Shown one piece after another: positions 38,374 through 51,810 of a DNA stretch of 64,000 bases. Below the pieces are notes generated by a model that was not told the origin of the DNA, did no database searches, and saw nothing but the letters and a program-made list of their open reading frames with translations. The translations under genes were made by a program, and so were the position numbers. The DNA comes from Paecilomyces variotii (Eukaryota), in NCBI GenBank assembly GCA_004022145.1, contig RCNU01000002.1; one strand, written 5' to 3'. Within the stretch, counting starts at the first letter, position 1. Every line of letters starts with the position of its first letter.

Positions 38374-39612
38374 GCAACGCTCAGATGATAGATTTATGCA
38401 TTTACTTCTCATAGGCCATCTCGCAGAGCATCATGTTTTGATCCTGGAAAATCAGCAGGCAGTATTCTTCGGGCATGTTTTCTTTTCATGTACTTTAGCG
38501 AAAACCTAACAATCTCCCAATGTGGGAAGTTCCGCTTCGCTCCGGATGTAACTGGGGTTCCTGGGATGATATCTTGCCAACCGGCCTCATTATCGAGCTT
38601 AGTAGAACGCAGAGGATCGGTTTGATATGAAAATGTGCTGGGCTCCTATGTATCTCCGGGTAACTAACATATGGGCTATATTATTGAGCGCAGGTATTAC
38701 ATGGTCTGTGTGAGCTCCTATTTTCGCAGCTGATATCCTTAGCACTACTGGAACTTAGGCGAACAACATAAGACGACGAGATATCAGCTTCTTGCTACAA
38801 TATACACTAATAATCTAGACTTCAGAAGAACTCTGACAATGCGGGTGGATAATTGTGCATTGCAGTAACAACTGTTCCTTTAAGCTTATTGTGTCCACCT
38901 GTGTCTATTGTTGTCTAGAGACAGGCATGACAACTCTACAATTGTCTAATTTGTTTTCTCGAAGGTTCTTATAAGACAAGCCAAAGACTGTCTTTTTATC
39001 TTCTTGCTGAAACTGTTGTATTGTCTTAGATGGTCTTTCAAATATCGCATCTATTTTCATTTTTCTGGGGAATGAACAAACGTATCTTGCATGGGAAGTT
39101 GAAAAGACGACTTGTGTGTTGGGTTAATCTCATATGGGATGCCCACACGTTCTGATAACTTGCGACGGTCGTCTTCTGTTTGTTTTCAGCTTGCCCTAGC
39201 GACCCTGGAGCAAAGCTGCATTTACCCGACCCATCCAACTCTTTGATAAACTAAAGCTTCTTTATCTCGATTCCTGAAATACATCTGTGCAGTTCATCCT
39301 GCTTTCTGTATGACGTTCCAGCATCTTTCTCTCGGCTGCTGACCTGTACGCATATACGGGTGGATTCACTCGCTGACTGAAACCGCAACTATCTTGTTCG
39401 CTGCTGATACGAGGTTATTTCTTCTACTTTGACATATCCTCTTCTTTTGCAACACAGTTGTCGTTGCTTTCAATTCTGCAGGAACTGCACGACGATATTG
39501 AGTTATTCCAAGGCCTTGACGGATCGTTGGCGCAACGGGAGAAGCTACGGGTCCTATTTCTACACCTGGCGTCTTTCGAGCCCTCAACTAGGTTCCCAGG
39601 TAGCTGTACTCA

Positions 39613-42600
39613 ATGGACATATCAGAGAAAATGGATCCATTGAGCGAGCGGCGCCTCCAAGAGCTGCAAATGGTACGCGCCCCCAATTGCTCTGCATGTC
39701 CTTGTAAGGACGACTGACACTAAATAACGGTCACTAGGCGGATCTAGGAACAGCTAGGCGTGAGTACATATCGACGGTGGATAAACCAAACAGATTCGCA
39801 AATGTTAGACTGGAGGAGGTCGAAGCAAGTCGAATCTCGAACAGGAAGGGATCGGACGCACAGTTGATGGCCGAGAAGAATAAGGCAAAGCTTGCGGCAT
39901 GGGCCAGTATGTATTCCATCGATATTACAGGTTCATCCGCTCACAAACTCAGATGTCTACCAGGATATTGGAGATACTGGCGATTTGGAAGATTTGGACC
40001 GACTCATGGATGGCCAAAGCCACAGGGCCCAGCTCACTGCGACCATACGAGAACATGGTGGCCAGTCTTATGCAAACAGTGCAGCAACGGATGACAACTT
40101 CCTGAGAAGCACAGGGAATAACTCGGGGAGAGATTCGCGCCACAGGGGTCGTGGTGGTGGTATCATAGGCACTCGCGGTCGCATGTCATCTTTGCACAGG
40201 TACACCGGTTATGCTGTCCCATATGTGTATTGCTGAAGCTGACTACTTCTAGTTCTCCAGGCAGGACGAATAACCAAGGAAGCGTTGCCAAACTGGGACA
40301 CCATATCCCTCAGACACCAGGTGCTAGAAACCGTCCTCTTGATCCTGCTGTCGATCCGGACAGGGAATACTTCTTGAAGAGCAAGAGCAGAGGTAATATA
40401 ATCTCAGGAAGCTTAGATGAGGTTGTTTACAGATATGCTAATGTCAAATAAACTATAGGTGCAAAGCCACCAGCCCAGCGCTATCAATCCAGACCTTCAA
40501 ACCTCAAAGCCAGACGTCCAGTCATCCCAGAGTAAGACCCCGTCTCAGTCACTTATCTTTATCTCCCTAACAATTATGAAAAGTCAGAACTATGAGAACC
40601 TCCTGGCGGATCCACAAGGCTTTCTAGCTGCAGTTCGCAGTCGGAGAGAAGACTCAACGGCCTCAGCCAGTCAAAAAAGCACCAGCATAGCAGACTCGGA
40701 TTCATATGCTCAGGAATCGGCATATAGAAAACCGGAGACTGAGTCTAATAGTAAGACTACGTTCGACGTAGCTGAAGACGTTACAAAGGCGGCATTTACT
40801 TCACATGAGAAGTCTGTCAATCTGCCTGAGCCTTCAATTTCTGCTGCGAAAACAGGAAATAAAACCATGGAGCCACTGTTTGCCTCTGAGGGTGCGCAGT
40901 CTGAAGTGAAAAAGATGCCAGTCAAGCCCCATGTGAGAGAACACCACTCGCGGCATGGCAGTCAGCCATCAACACAAACAGAAACAAAGACACAGAACCT
41001 TCTAAAAGGGTTCACTTCCAATCTTCCCCAGCCTGCATTCATCTCTCCCAAATCCCCACCATCCAAGAAAGCAGTTTTAAAACCAACACCTGAAGAGCCC
41101 TGCGGTGACTTGCTTCTGGACTTCAGCTCCGCACCATCTCTCCCTGTTGAAACTTCGAAAGCATCTACCTTCTCGTCACAACAACCGACTTCACCTCTCC
41201 CAAAAAGCCCTGCGGTCGATGATTTGATGGACATCGACTTTAAGCAGAGTTCCCAGGAGCCAACTCTTTCTACGGACACACTTTCACCCCAGCCTCCTGC
41301 ACCAGCGATTACTACTCAACCAGCAGCAATGGCTTCCAGCCAAGCTTCCAACATCTCAGCATCCACAATTAATGAGCAAGCCATCGCAGAGTACCTCAAA
41401 GAGATATCAATGCTTAATGATCTGGTGGCAAACTCGCCTCTTGCCGGTGCACTTCAGGACATGATAAAACAGCGGAAGCAGGAGCTGGAAGCCAAGATAT
41501 TCTCAGCGCTGCGCACCCAGGCAGCTTCCAGTCCATCTGAAGCTCCAATCAAAACAATTGGCAAAGCAGAGACTGAGAATTTCCTTCACACTAAAGCTGG
41601 AGCAGGTCAGGAAGTGCATCAACCACCACTATCCGCCACAAAGCCAGAGTTCAACGAGCAGAAGTGTTCTGAGACAACCCAGAACACTCCTACAATAAGA
41701 GATACTCCCAAGGCCGAGAGTCCACTACAGAAAGCTGTCACTGCTGAACCTTTCGTGCCTAGCTCCAGTGGTTGGGATTACAGGTCTCCCAGGAAGATCA
41801 GCACCTCCAGTGAATCAGAAAGCCCTGGAAGCTCAGGCGAGAATATTCGTGATACTAAGAGCACTATCATAGGCGACCATTTGCTTCCAGGAAGGCATGG
41901 AACCAATATCTCCAATTCCACAGCTCGTCCTGCAAGTGCTTCGGTTCAGATGCATGATAGTAATGTTGACTACCTTTGTCAAACTCTGAATGAGTGGTTA
42001 ACAAGTGACTTAGGACCGTCCGTCGGTAACAGCTCGACAGTCTTCGCTTCAAGCCAACACAACCGACCAGCTCATCAAGGTGGAACGCAAGCCGGTGGAA
42101 GTGTTTTGTCTAGTATGAAACCTCCTGCGTTCGAGGGCTTTTTCACTTCTTCCACGGCGGCAGAGCAATCCTACACTAAGGCAGAGAACAAGCCTTTCTC
42201 AGGTCATCAGGAAATGGGCACGAATGACCAGGGTTTATTCAAAGATTCACGCATCGCGTCCAGCAGACCTGCGAATAAAGAATCTGCCTTCCCAAATATT
42301 CCTATGTCGGCAGCCACCAGGCAGTATGCCAGCAACGCCTCGGCTACACTTATTCAGCGCCAGACCAGCACCCACAGTTCCAATCTTCCAGCCTCTGCAG
42401 CTCCGAGGAAATATGCTGACAATGTCTTCGAGACTCCCTCCAAGGGCCCGGGACACACCACGCGAGCTACGCCTAATATTCCTATGTCAGCTGCCACGAG
42501 ACAATATGCTTCCAGCACTAACCCACCCCAATCTGAACGTGCCCCTCAGGAGACTACTAAATCTCCCAACATCCCGTTATCAGCAGCTACTCAGCAGTAT

Positions 42601-42813
42601 GCAGTTAATGCTCCCAAGTCTGCTTTCAAAAAGCTTCTGTACCCTGAGACGGTTACACCTCCCTCTTCCGTGAGAGAGCAAAGCGACCAAAGCGCGCATA
42701 CACCGATAACCCTTTCTTCTCCAAGAACGGGGCAGCGTAACACATCCACTCAACGCAACGATCCTAGAAAGGCCTCTGGGCTGATGGCCTCGAAATATGC
42801 GGACCCTTACTAG
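39613..42813 (+). CDS. Large Ser/Pro/Thr-rich, probably disordered hypothetical protein with C-terminal peptide repeats, ~6 exons
   Basis: ATG 39613 (MDISEKMDPLSERRLQELQM). Short exons joined by canonical introns lead into the 2.2 kb ORF ending GLMASKYADPY. Confidence 0.8.
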
Positions 42814-43337
42814 CCATTCCGTTGAAAAAAACTGCCACTCTTGAAGACTGGGAGTATGGCACTGCACACATTGAGTCGAGGCTCATCACTGATCCAAAGA
42901 GAGATCTTGCTGCACTATCATCATCGGCTATCATCTGCGCAGTAATCTGAGAACCAAGGTCTATCGTGAGCTCGTCCTCAGGGACTGATCAGCAGTCATT
43001 CACTAGCATATCATCGACATTCTTGGCCAACATCCTCACCATGTGGTCCATTATTCGAGATTTCAATGTGTTTCTTCCCCCCAGATTCATTTCCAGGGCT
43101 AACCCTCGGATAATCATATCGCAGAAAACCTTCACTTTGCAGCTAATAACTGATCCATCTTTCTAATTTGCTTTTCATCTCACCATGTCTCATTCACATG
43201 GATCCCCTAATGTCCCTCCCCTATGTGTTTTGCCAACTTGTTCAATAAAACCAAAAATAAAAAGGAGAAAGAAAAGGAGCCAAACCTTGAACGCCTGTCA
43301 GCTTCAGATCTTTTCAGATGACTGAACTGGGTGTCCA

Positions 43338-43415
43338 CGAAAGGAAAGAAAAAAAAAATGAAAAAAGAAAAAGAAAAAGAAAAAGAAAAAAGCAAAGGAA
43401 AACAAAACAAAAAAA
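43338..43415. repeat. A-rich / (AAAAAG)n low-complexity tract
   Basis: Runs of A interrupted by G or C in the convergent intergenic region. Confidence 0.8.
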
Positions 43416-44251
43416 ACTATCACGGAAATCTCTCGATCGACCAGCCACCATAGCAACTTGCTTGTGCTGTCTTTCATTTCCAATTCTCTATTCTCTCTAC
43501 TATGTTTCTTTCTTCCCACGAGGAGAATCATTACCAAACTAAACCAAAAAAAAGAAAGAGATCCCTCCACAGATTCTATCCTTGTCATGTATTATTACTA
43601 GCACTTTATCATTAGTCCAAATTGAAAAGTCAAGTGTCTTTAATATCGAGTCGAAAGGAAAATTAGGATCGAAGTTTATAGCTCATCTACGTAGGCATCT
43701 AACAATGAACTGCAACGCTTCACAGACGTACGGAGTCTGGTCAGAAGACCCTCGATTACTACATCGGTGGGAAGAGTATGCATACAGGTCGCACCGGGCC
43801 CAGTAAGGAGTGGGAAACTCATGACTCCCTTATTTATATTCAACAAAGTAAATATCTATCAAGCACAGGACAACCACGGAAACACTTTGGTGGTAGCTAA
43901 AATTATAAAAGCGTCGAACGACGACCACCAACGCCCCAAACTCTGTAGACTCCAGGTAGTTTATAAACTTAGACTAGGCCAGACAGCAGCCCTGTTGCTG
44001 CCGTCTTCTGACACCGGATGCCAGTAGCAATGTGTGGTAGAGATATAGCAGCATACGTCAAAGTAATAATGTGACGCGAAATCAAACACCCAAGGGAGCA
44101 AGGGTGAGCGAGACGCCTTGAAGAATGATCCGATCCCTGGCCCTCCCGTACGCCATTCCTCGAAATTATATCAATCGAAGCCTAACAAAGCCCCCCAAGA
44201 AATATGAACGTCACGTGCAATATAGATCCTTCATATGTTCGTCACTGAGGA

Positions 44252-46330
44252 TTAATTCTGTTGCTGCTGCTGCGCTACAGAGACATTCTGAGCGTCCGCG
44301 ATCCTCGGTCTCTTGGGATCACTAGGACCGGAAACCGATGTCGCAACACCGGGGCCGGCACCAGGAGCAGCATTCGTAACGTCATTCAACGGAGGTCGCT
44401 TGCCATTCATGTTCTGAGGGACAGAGGGACCTTTGATCGGGCCTATGTTGACTCCAGCGTTCCTAGGGTCCACAGTTGGGCGTGTCAGTGGCCGATACGA
44501 GGATGTACTCGGACCTCTAGACACCGGACTGCCAATACCAGTGCTGCCAGGTGCTCCTATCCTCCGATTCAGATCAGCAGAAGGATTGACAAAGTCCCGC
44601 GTATTATCCGTGGGAGTAATGCCTTGCTGCGCAAGCATGGGTTTTGATATTGGGAGGCTCTTGTTATGGTCCACACCAGCAGTCTTGCGAATTGAGGGGC
44701 TCTCCGCACGGGGGTCGAACTGCGGCACACTTGATGGAGGAGCATTGTTATTTCGTAACATATCAACTGCTCGAGCAGAGTAGAAGACGCTGGGTGGGTC
44801 TCCTGGTCGCTGATTTCCAGAGACAGAGGGACTGCCAGATGGCTCTGTATCCTGCGTATTATTACCTTGAGGTCTCCCATTCATAGGCCCCGGTCCACCA
44901 GTGGCACTTGTTGTTGCTTCTTGACTATATTTCGATGGAGGTTGCACTCCTGGCCGGGCATATTGTTGCGGCTGCTGGGCCGGGGCCGGGGCTGGACCCG
45001 GTGTGGGTCTTCTCTGCATCGTCTGTTGCTGGTTTGTGACAGAAGGGTTTGGTCGTGGTGCTGGGTTTGGAAAGTTGGAGGGCATCTGATGCGGTTGTCG
45101 GGGAATAGTTGCATCTGGAAGTCTCTCTGGTTTAGATGGGGTAACAATGTCTGGCATTCGAACAGGAGGACGCGAGAAGTTGCCCTGCCGTTGAGGTGCA
45201 GGTGTAACGTTCGGTCTCGATTGTGGTTGTGGTTTGGGTGGTTCGGGCTCCAACATCACTTCATCTGGATTGCCCTCAGTTGTGGCTACAAAATCCGACT
45301 CGTCAAAAAGGTCACCTGATATCATCAGTGTCTGTTACATTGACAAATTCCGGATGACATACTGCCAAATTCGCCATCCCCATCAAGAGCCAACGTATTG
45401 CTTTTTGTGTTAGCACTGGTAGCCCGCGCGGGTCGAGGAGGGAGGTCGATATCGTCAGTCTTTTTGTCTTCAACTGGCTCCTTTTTTACTGGGGCGTAGT
45501 CGGGGTGGCGATGCAGATTGCTTACATCCCATCTTGCCTGTCTAATATCAGTCACTGAGCGCTCGACGGGTGAAAGAGATATCACATACAGGTGCAGCTT
45601 TGACTTTAGTCACTTTTGCCAGATATTCCTTATCGTATATGCAGTTGCCCAAAACATTGCCAAACGTTCTCAGTGAACGTTTAAGGGCATCCGTCGTCCC
45701 TTCTTTCTTGGCTTTCTCGAAAGCTGCGGCTTTGCCTTTGCAGTTCTCGATGTGCCCGTACCCAATATCCTGCAGCGTCCGTGGTTCAGCTATAGTGTTC
45801 AGACCAATTCAAAATATGCCATACCTCGTGAAATGTCCCGTCCTTCAATGTCACTCTCACTATCACGGACAGACCCAAACTTATTTTCCCCGTTTGTGGA
45901 TTTTCGTCGACCTATTCCTCACGTATCAGCCATATTGCCAGCGACCGATTGTGCCTTATCTTAATCGGAGCTCACAAAGTCGATCTGGATGTTCTGAATA
46001 GCGCTGGACCAGCCATTAAAACCGAAAACTTCGTTCGCGAGATTGATACACTTCTCCGCAGCAAGATAGTGGACCTTCTGACCTGCAGCACCAGGTCTTG
46101 ACGAAATATATTCCGGTCCTAGCTGTTTATCGAGGCGCGATTGAAGGGTAGCGATTTCCTGCGCAGTGTATTCGCTGATCCGGCGTTGCGGTTCTTCAAA
46201 CGGGTTTGCCGTGATAGCTGAAGCCATAGTACCAGGCGGGCCAAGGCGATGTTGATCGCCGACGCTTGAGTTACGGTTAGCTCTGTGATGATCCATTCGA
46301 TACACGAGTTCATATAACTTACGCAGGCAT
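44252..46330 (-). CDS. rad52: DNA repair and recombination protein Rad52 (RadC), multi-exon
   Basis: MPA/VGDQHR...[28 protein letters not shown]...[57 protein letters not shown]. Pro/Gln-rich C-terminus with [13 protein letters not shown]. Confidence 0.96.
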
Positions 46331-46777
46331 CATATATTAATTGATTCAAATGTGAACTAACATTGACAAGTCGTGGGATATCAGCAGGCACCGACACGAC
46401 GTGTAGACGCGACGGAAATGCTTATATCAGCAACGCGGCGGGATCGCCAAGTCACGTGGAGATAACAGACCATCTATTCCTGTGTGGGGATTCAGAAAGA
46501 AAGACATACCAAAACATGGAGGGGAGTCACCGTCCAAAAACTAGATAGAGAGATCATTAAGTCAAGGTTGTATTCTCCTTCAGCGCATCAGAAACTAGCA
46601 CGTATGATGTCACCACTACAAATCGTCCAACTTTGCTGGCAGACAGGATACAAAGGTATGAAAGATGAGTCTAGGTAATCTACAGCAACATTTCACCAGC
46701 AACCACGCCAACTATCATGTTCTCATGAGTATCATCATATCAAGAAGTAATATCAATAGGGATTCTCTCTAGGGCAT

Positions 46778-47869
46778 TCATTGCACGATGAGACTCGCGC
46801 TAGGTACGAGGCCGAGTTCCTTGAGAGTCTCTCCGAAATACTCAGAATTAAAGACCTTGCGCGGGAAGTTCTGCGTGAAACTCTGCACGTTCAGGCCGTG
46901 TTCCTGGTTCAACGCTGCAGCAACCTCGAAGAGAGTGGTTTCCACAGGGAACGTCTTCATGACATTCCCACTGGGCGTCTGGAGACGAAGGCGAGCTTCG
47001 GTATATGCAGAAGCTGGCTTTGAGGATACCGGTCCAGAGGTCGCTGGAGCTGGTGCAGCTGCGGGCTGGGGTGGAGGAGCCTGGCCTGCGCGTGCGGCTC
47101 TCTCCCGTTCAGCCTTCAGCCTTCGTTCTTCCTTGTCGGCCTCGATCTTTGCGCGAATGCGCTGCTTGGCTTCTATTTCTTCTTGCTTTTCCTTACGGCG
47201 CTTTGCTGCTTCCTTCAGCTGTTCCTTTTTCTTGAGCTCCTCCTTCAGGTCCTGACTCTCCTTTGTGCTCTTTCTCCGAATCTCCTATTGGAAGTTAGTA
47301 ATGATAGGAGACTCAGCACTAGAGCGAAACCACGTACCTCGTTTCTCTTCTGGTCAATCTTGTCCTGCTCTGACTGCACTGCTCTCTTCGCGGCCAACTT
47401 TTGTCTCAGCTCCTCCAGTTTCGCCTTTTTCTCTTCTTCTGTCAGAGGAGCGATCTCCTCCGTTGATTCAGAGAAGTCGACGTGCTGGGACTTTGAAGCA
47501 TGGAACTCTGCCTGTGCTTGGCTTCGGAATTTCTTTCCACAGTCGTTGCAAACCAAGCTTCGAGGCTGTTCGCCCGGCTTGAGTGCGGGACCTTCTTCAT
47601 CTTCGGCAGCAGTTGTGGCGGATGCTTTGATTTCATCGAGGGACTTATCCTGGTTCTGTTCGAGCCATTCGAGAGCACCTTGCACTACAGAGACAAGCTC
47701 GTCAGAAGTGGCCGGGGAAAAAAAGAGGGGGTCAAAGAAACGAGTGTTCGTGTTGAGCTTGTAGGAATGTAGAGTTGGACTTACAGCCACCAGTTTTGGA
47801 AATGGCGATCTGTGCTCTCTCCTTGTCGAAGCCCATTTCAATGAGCTGGTCTAGATCTGATGGTGCCAT
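46778..47869 (-). CDS. UBA + C2H2 + UBX domain protein (UBXN1/SAKS1-like Cdc48 cofactor), 3 exons
   Basis: MAPSDLDQLIEMGFDKERAQIA (UBA), CNDCGKKF...HASKSQH zinc finger, coiled coil, and a UBX domain (RLRLQTP...FTQNFPRKVF...LKELGLVPSASLIVQ). Confidence 0.92.
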
Positions 47870-49544
47870 TTTTGATGGTTTCTCGAGGTGGCGGATGGTG
47901 AGTAGCTGCTGGGGAGGGTTCTCAAAGCAGGGTAGAAGGTACGATGTTTCCGCTGACTCAAGTAGCGGGACCAGCGAAGGGCAGCTTTAGTGAAAGCGAC
48001 CTCGGAAATTGGATCTTCGTGAGAGACGTTCCTTGCAGAGTACGCGCGAGAGCTGCGTGAACGAAGATGTCGTGTAGCTTCCAGGTGACGTATCAATCGG
48101 CGGCGAGGTTGATAACGCGGGATGACCCGTGTTCGGTAGACGCTAAGAGCTTACCCACCAGGAACATCCGGCCTTGGACATTATTATTGATTTCTATGGT
48201 AGAGGAGCGTCCAGCAATGGCTTTCTTTGTTTTGAACTGCGAATTCCGTTTCGCCAGCTATCTTATGGCCATCTCAGATAATACTCTCCATCCGCTTCGT
48301 GGGTAGACTAGTCCATTGACATGTTCTCGACTCTCATAGCTCCACCTCGATGGGGAAATATCATTTGGTGGAGCTTCCCAACAATCGAAAAAGAGGACAA
48401 TCAAATCATGCGATTTCTAACAATGAGATGCCGTCTTTGGCATGTCTCCGGGCAACTTTCTGCGCCCTTTGGTGTCTCTCATTAATGGTGGCTTAGGAAT
48501 CAATGCAGTACATCACGCTACGACTCTATTGTCTCCCGAAGACTGTCTTTCTTGTCTTTGATTCCCTGGTCCATGAAACCACAGCAGGGATCGCTGGTCG
48601 TACACTGTCGAGACTCGGAAGGGTATGGGAACTGATCGACAGTCTGGAGCAACTCCTACCAAGCAGCTTGTTCGAATAAAAAGCTACACTACACTGAATC
48701 TCAACGCAGATTCCACGGAGCAGTCATACGTAAAGTGAGCTGTTCTAGATTGAATATTGTGGGAGTCGTGATATAGTCTCGTAAAGCCGTTGTAGCTCAC
48801 ATCCACACCACTGAGATTGGGTTTTCGAGATACTGGAGTCATATCCCCACGAGTTCAGAGGCGTCAATCATATGGAGATCACTAGTGAATGTAAAACCAA
48901 CGGCAACAATAATATTTGCACCGGGTCGATGTAGGTAGTTGGGTAGTAATGTGTATTATGATATATTCGCCTGCATAAACCAGACGCAGGAAAGCGGCAG
49001 TGGATGATGGATCATGCTGACTTCAAGATTACTGGAGGGGAACACATCTATTAGTGTTTAATTTCTTTCGACGTCCACACACTCGCTGTCCCAGGATTAG
49101 CGTGGACGGGAGTATGGTTGAGATCTTCCCCACGTCTCTCCCAGGAGGCGATCTGGTGCGGATGGTGGGTACCTTGGTCAAAAGTGCGTCTGGACGATGC
49201 CATAGCAGGGACTCTGATCTAGAGTCGTCCAACTTGGAGGAAACGCGCCTGGCGAAGCCTCGCAATGGGAGGATTTATTTATCTAGATAGAGGAATAATC
49301 ATAATAATAATAATAAATACTGCTCGTGCGTTCCCGCGGATGACATCACCTGACCGCGAGGCTGACATAATCCTCCGTGCCATGATCGGGAGCCAACCGA
49401 AATGGCGCAGCAAATCGCCCATACGTCGTCGTCTGCTCGCTGGTGACCACACATCTCCAGCTTCCCTTTCCTCTTGCCTGTCGTGTCGACTTTGCTCCGT
49501 AGTTCTTCTGCTTCTTCTCACCAGTATTTTATTCGCTTTTCATC

Positions 49545-50773
49545 ATGTCCGTCGAAATAGATCCCGCTGAACTGGGCTTCAAAAGTGAGCTCACCCGTCT
49601 GTTATCGAAAGGAGCACACGTAGTAACTTGCGCACAGGACCCTTCAACCGCGAGGTCAGCCAGACGCTGCATCTGCGCAACCCCAACCCGGAACCCGTTG
49701 CATTCAAGGTATGTTTTCGTCTAGAATCGTTTTATTCAGTTGGTCGCATGCTCACGGCTGGCAACAGGTCAAGACGACTGCTCCGAAACAGTATGTTTAC
49801 TCTCTGCGCCGTGCTGATATCATTTCTCTTGAGCCATTACCTGACCCTCTCAGCTACTGTGTGCGCCCCAATTCCGGTCGGATAGAACCCGGGAAAAATG
49901 TCGAAGTGCAGGGTGAGTCCTGGATCGCATCCAGACCAGTATGTTGCGGGCTCTCTGGGGCTGACATATCTGTATAGTGTTGCTACAGGCGATGAAGGAG
50001 GAGCCACCACTGGACGCCAAATGCAAGGACAAGTTCCTCGTGCAGTCGGTATCAGTTTCTGGTGAATTAGAATTTGCGAATGTGACCTCCATCGTACGTC
50101 TAGATAACACCATATCCCTATGTCTGCGATATTCAGTCACTAAGTGAACCGCAGTTTGAAAAATCCGCCAAGTCATCCATTCAGGAACGCAAGATCCGCG
50201 TCAACTTTCTCCCAGCAGATGGAGAGACAAACGGAGTTGTATGTTTTCCCAGGTGTCGCAGCTTTCTATGCAACCAGGATCGTTCAGCTAATGTAGTTAA
50301 CCCAGGCACACGAGGAGGAACCGCCCGCCTATACCTCTCCAACCGCCCACAACTTCGAGACTCCAGCCACCGGCCTGTCGAGAAAGCCTGCTGACGATGC
50401 CTCCCCTATCCCCCCGCCTAACTTTGGCGACCGATCTACAAGCGAGCAGCCTAACTCACCTTCGAATGATAGCGCCTTCGGATCTGCTGCTGCAAGTGTG
50501 AAGGCCACTGCTGCTAGTGCCGTCAGTGCAATACCCACTTCGAGCGAAGATATCAAGGCACAACTGGCAGAAGCCAATGCTCAGATCCAGAAACTCAAGA
50601 GCCAGCTTATGGACGGAGGTCTAAGGCAGAGAAAGGCCGGCGCGGCCGGTGAAGAGAGTGCCACTCCTCAGTTGCAGCAACAGCACCCACAGTCAGTAGT
50701 GACGGGAGTTCCGGTCCAGGTGGTCGCCGGACTTTGTCTTCTCAGTTTCCTGCTGGCCTACTTTTTCTTCTAG
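49545..50773 (+). CDS. scs2: VAMP-associated ER membrane protein Scs2/VAP (MSP domain, coiled coil, tail anchor), ~7 exons
   Basis: MSVEIDPAELGFK, VAFK/VKTTAPKH/YCVRPNSG and KCKDKFLVQS. C-terminal TM VPVQVVAGLCLLSFLLAYFFF. Confidence 0.94.
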
Positions 50774-51705
50774 CATTTCCTTTTTTGCCCCTCTATTCCC
50801 CCCTTTTTAATTCACTCCAACTGTATTCTCTGTCTGTTGTATGCTTCGTCTTTTCCCTTGTCTTTTTCCATTCTTCGATTTCTTACTGGTATGTCTCGGT
50901 GCCCCTTATTTTATGTCCCAAGCACTAGCATCCTATTCTCCCCTTCTTGGTTGAACGCCGCCGTTTGACTTTTGTTGGTAGCACTGTTCTTTCTTACTTT
51001 CTTCCGTAAGTCGCTGGAGCGTCTACTGAATCTTTTATTTTTACTAGAATACGATATGAGACCAGTCAGGAAGAAACCTCATTTTCTATTAATCCATCCA
51101 GATAAGAAAGAAAGAAAGAAAAAAAGAACACTGCATCAAGAGGTATCGGATGACCGAACTTCTCATCTCATTATGTCCTGGCGGAGCCGTTCCTTCCAAC
51201 GTATCATAGTTACCAATTCTCCCATCCTCCGTTCCTCCTAGTCTTATTATTCATTGAACATGCATATTGGTTCCCATATTCTCTTCTTTCCCTTTAATTC
51301 ATTTTTGCCAGAGAAGATTTAAAAAACTGTGAACACACGGTGTCGCCCTTCATATAAGGTAGGGGGATACGTGCTTGGCGCAACTATGGCTTGATTTTTC
51401 ATGGGCACACATGACATATCTTGGAACTAGACTAGCAGAATCCGATTTTTTTCTCCCTTGTCTATCGTTATATCTTTAATGTGTGGTAAGGTAAACGTCC
51501 CATATATATGTTTCGATTCTCTGCGGAGTGGCGCGGTAGCATCTCGTAGACGTTGATGTTACACATGATAACTAGATCAGATCCGTGTTGCCGTATCTTT
51601 TTGATAGGAACAAATTCCTCCAGATGTGACGACTTGCGAAAGGTATCTTCCAGGCAAACGCACTCTTCCTATAAGGAAGAGCCATGAAGGCGCCCAAGGA
51701 GAATC

Positions 51706-51708
<3 letters not shown>

Positions 51709-51745
<37 letters not shown>
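51709..51745. repeat. 37-nt poly(A) tract (poly-U in the desaturase 3' UTR)
   Basis: Uninterrupted A run, 65 nt beyond the des1 stop codon. Confidence 0.9.
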
Positions 51746-51747
<2 letters not shown>

Positions 51748-51810
51748 ATTTCAAACGCCAGACAAAACCCCCCTGTATACAGAGCATACATCTGATAAGA
51801 TAGATCTCGT

